A DNA stretch of 63,973 bases, filler included, from Reclinomonas americana ATCC 50394 (taxonomy: Eukaryota): the NCBI GenBank assembly GCA_048213135.1. It is 14 parts of 6 records of this genome, joined end to end, with 100 filler letters (N's around TTAATTAATTAA, not from the genome) between each part and the next. Parts side by side here need not be neighbours in the genome. Positions count along the whole stretch, not along the records: positions 62,973 to 63,973 come from PS015647.1; 13 more parts are not named here. One strand, written 5' to 3'. Numbering within the stretch: position 1 is the first letter of the stretch; each line of letters starts with the position of its first letter. This document shows, piece after piece, positions 62,973 through 63,973 of the stretch. The position numbers and the translations under genes were made by a program. Under the pieces are notes generated by a model. It was not told the origin of the DNA. It did not search any database and saw nothing but the letters and a program-made list of their open reading frames with translations.

Positions 62973-63973
62973 CTTTGCGGGCCCCGGCTGCAACATTTGC
63001 GCCAATAACTACTACGGCATCGACTGCAACACCTTCTGCAACCTTGCCAGCACTTGCAACAGCAACGGTACTTGCGACAACAGCGGCAGCTGCTCGTGCA
63101 CTGGCAACTTCACCGGTGCCAACTGCAACCAGTGCAAGACCAACTACTACGGCGCCACGTGCAGCAAGTTCTGCTCGGCGGCCACCACCTGCAACGGTCG
63201 CGGTACCTGCAACGGCACCGGCGACTGCGTGTGCTCTGGCAACTTTACCGGCGCCTCGTGCAGCACTTGCGTCACCAACTACTATGGTGCCAACTGCGAT
63301 GTGTTCTGCCAGAACTCCTCCACCTGCAACAGCCACGGCACGTGCAACTCGTCGGGCGCCTGCGTCTGCACTGGCAACTTCACTGGCACCAACTGCAATC
63401 AGTGCACTGGCAACTTCACCGGTGCCTCGTGCAACACCTGCGTCACCAACTACTACGGCGCACAGTGCAACACCTTCTGCAGCGCTGCCACCACCTGCAA
63501 CGGTCACGGCACGTGCAACTCCACCGGCGCCTGCGTCTGCACTGGCAACTTCACTGGCGCCAACTGCAACCAGTGCACTGCCAACTTCTACGGCATCAAC
63601 TGCGACACTCTGTGCACTGATGGCACCACCTGCAACAGCAACGGCAACTGCAACGCCAGCGGCCAATGCGTGTGCACTGGCAACTTTATCGGCGCCGCCT
63701 GCAACAACTGCTTGGCCAACTACTACGGCACCGACTGCGACACCTTCTGCAACCCGGCCGAGACCTGCAACAGCAACGGCTCGTGCGGCCCGCTCGGCCA
63801 GTGCATTTGCTCCGGCAACTTTACTGGTGCCTCGTGCGACACCTGCGCTGGCAACTTTGCCGGTGTCATGTGCAACGTGTGCAAGGCCAACTACTACGGC
63901 GCGACATGCAGCCTCTTCTGCCAGGCCTCGACCACCTGCAACGGCAACGGTGTGTGCGACGCCAACGGCTCCT
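62973..63973 (+). CDS. Cys-rich laminin/EGF-like repeat surface or secreted protein (both ends missing)
   Basis: The frame from 62974 gives repeated CNTFC...TCNSNGTCDNSGSCSCTGNFTGANCNQCKTNYYGATC (~44-aa units) with many NxT sequons. It is absent from the ORF track because it has no start codon. Confidence 0.9.

Noticed and set aside
62917..63666. ORFs 62917-63666(-) and 63054-63620(+)
   Set aside because: Antisense and off-frame shadows of the Cys-rich EGF frame.
1..63973. Alternative genetic code, rRNA/snRNA genes or transposase genes
   Set aside because: The reconstructed exons translate with the standard code and TAA, TAG and TGA all serve as stops. I recognised no U1/U2/U6, rRNA or transposase/RT motifs by eye.

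Overview
Intron-rich, GC-rich nuclear DNA from a eukaryote (probably a protist; I cannot name it), in a gappy draft assembly with N runs and 13 artificial N-TTAATTAATTAA-N linkers. Most ORFs in the supplied track are spurious, so I rebuilt the genes by hand from GT-AG exons. Recognisable genes: V-ATPase c'' subunit (3' part), NSA2, a Tim17-family NDUFA11/B14.7-like protein, a membrane hybrid histidine kinase, eIF4B, an SLC25 carrier, a HEXIM-like protein head-to-head with SPT5, POLR3C, a BAH+SET methyltransferase, cohesin SCC3/STAG, a BTB-TLDc protein, a bacterial-type PAF-acetylhydrolase-like N-terminus, a 50-aa tandem-repeat protein, a WD40 fragment and a laminin/EGF-repeat protein. Most notable: (1) a frequent class of 5' splice sites shifted by one base (A|GTTGCGT versus the usual G|GTGCGT); (2) a HEXIM-like P-TEFb regulator whose start codon is 85 bp from that of SPT5; (3) 6-nt and 8-nt micro-exons carrying key residues; (4) several gap-bounded contigs inverted relative to their genes, probably scaffolding errors. 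Family assignments rest on motif recognition from memory, not on database searches.
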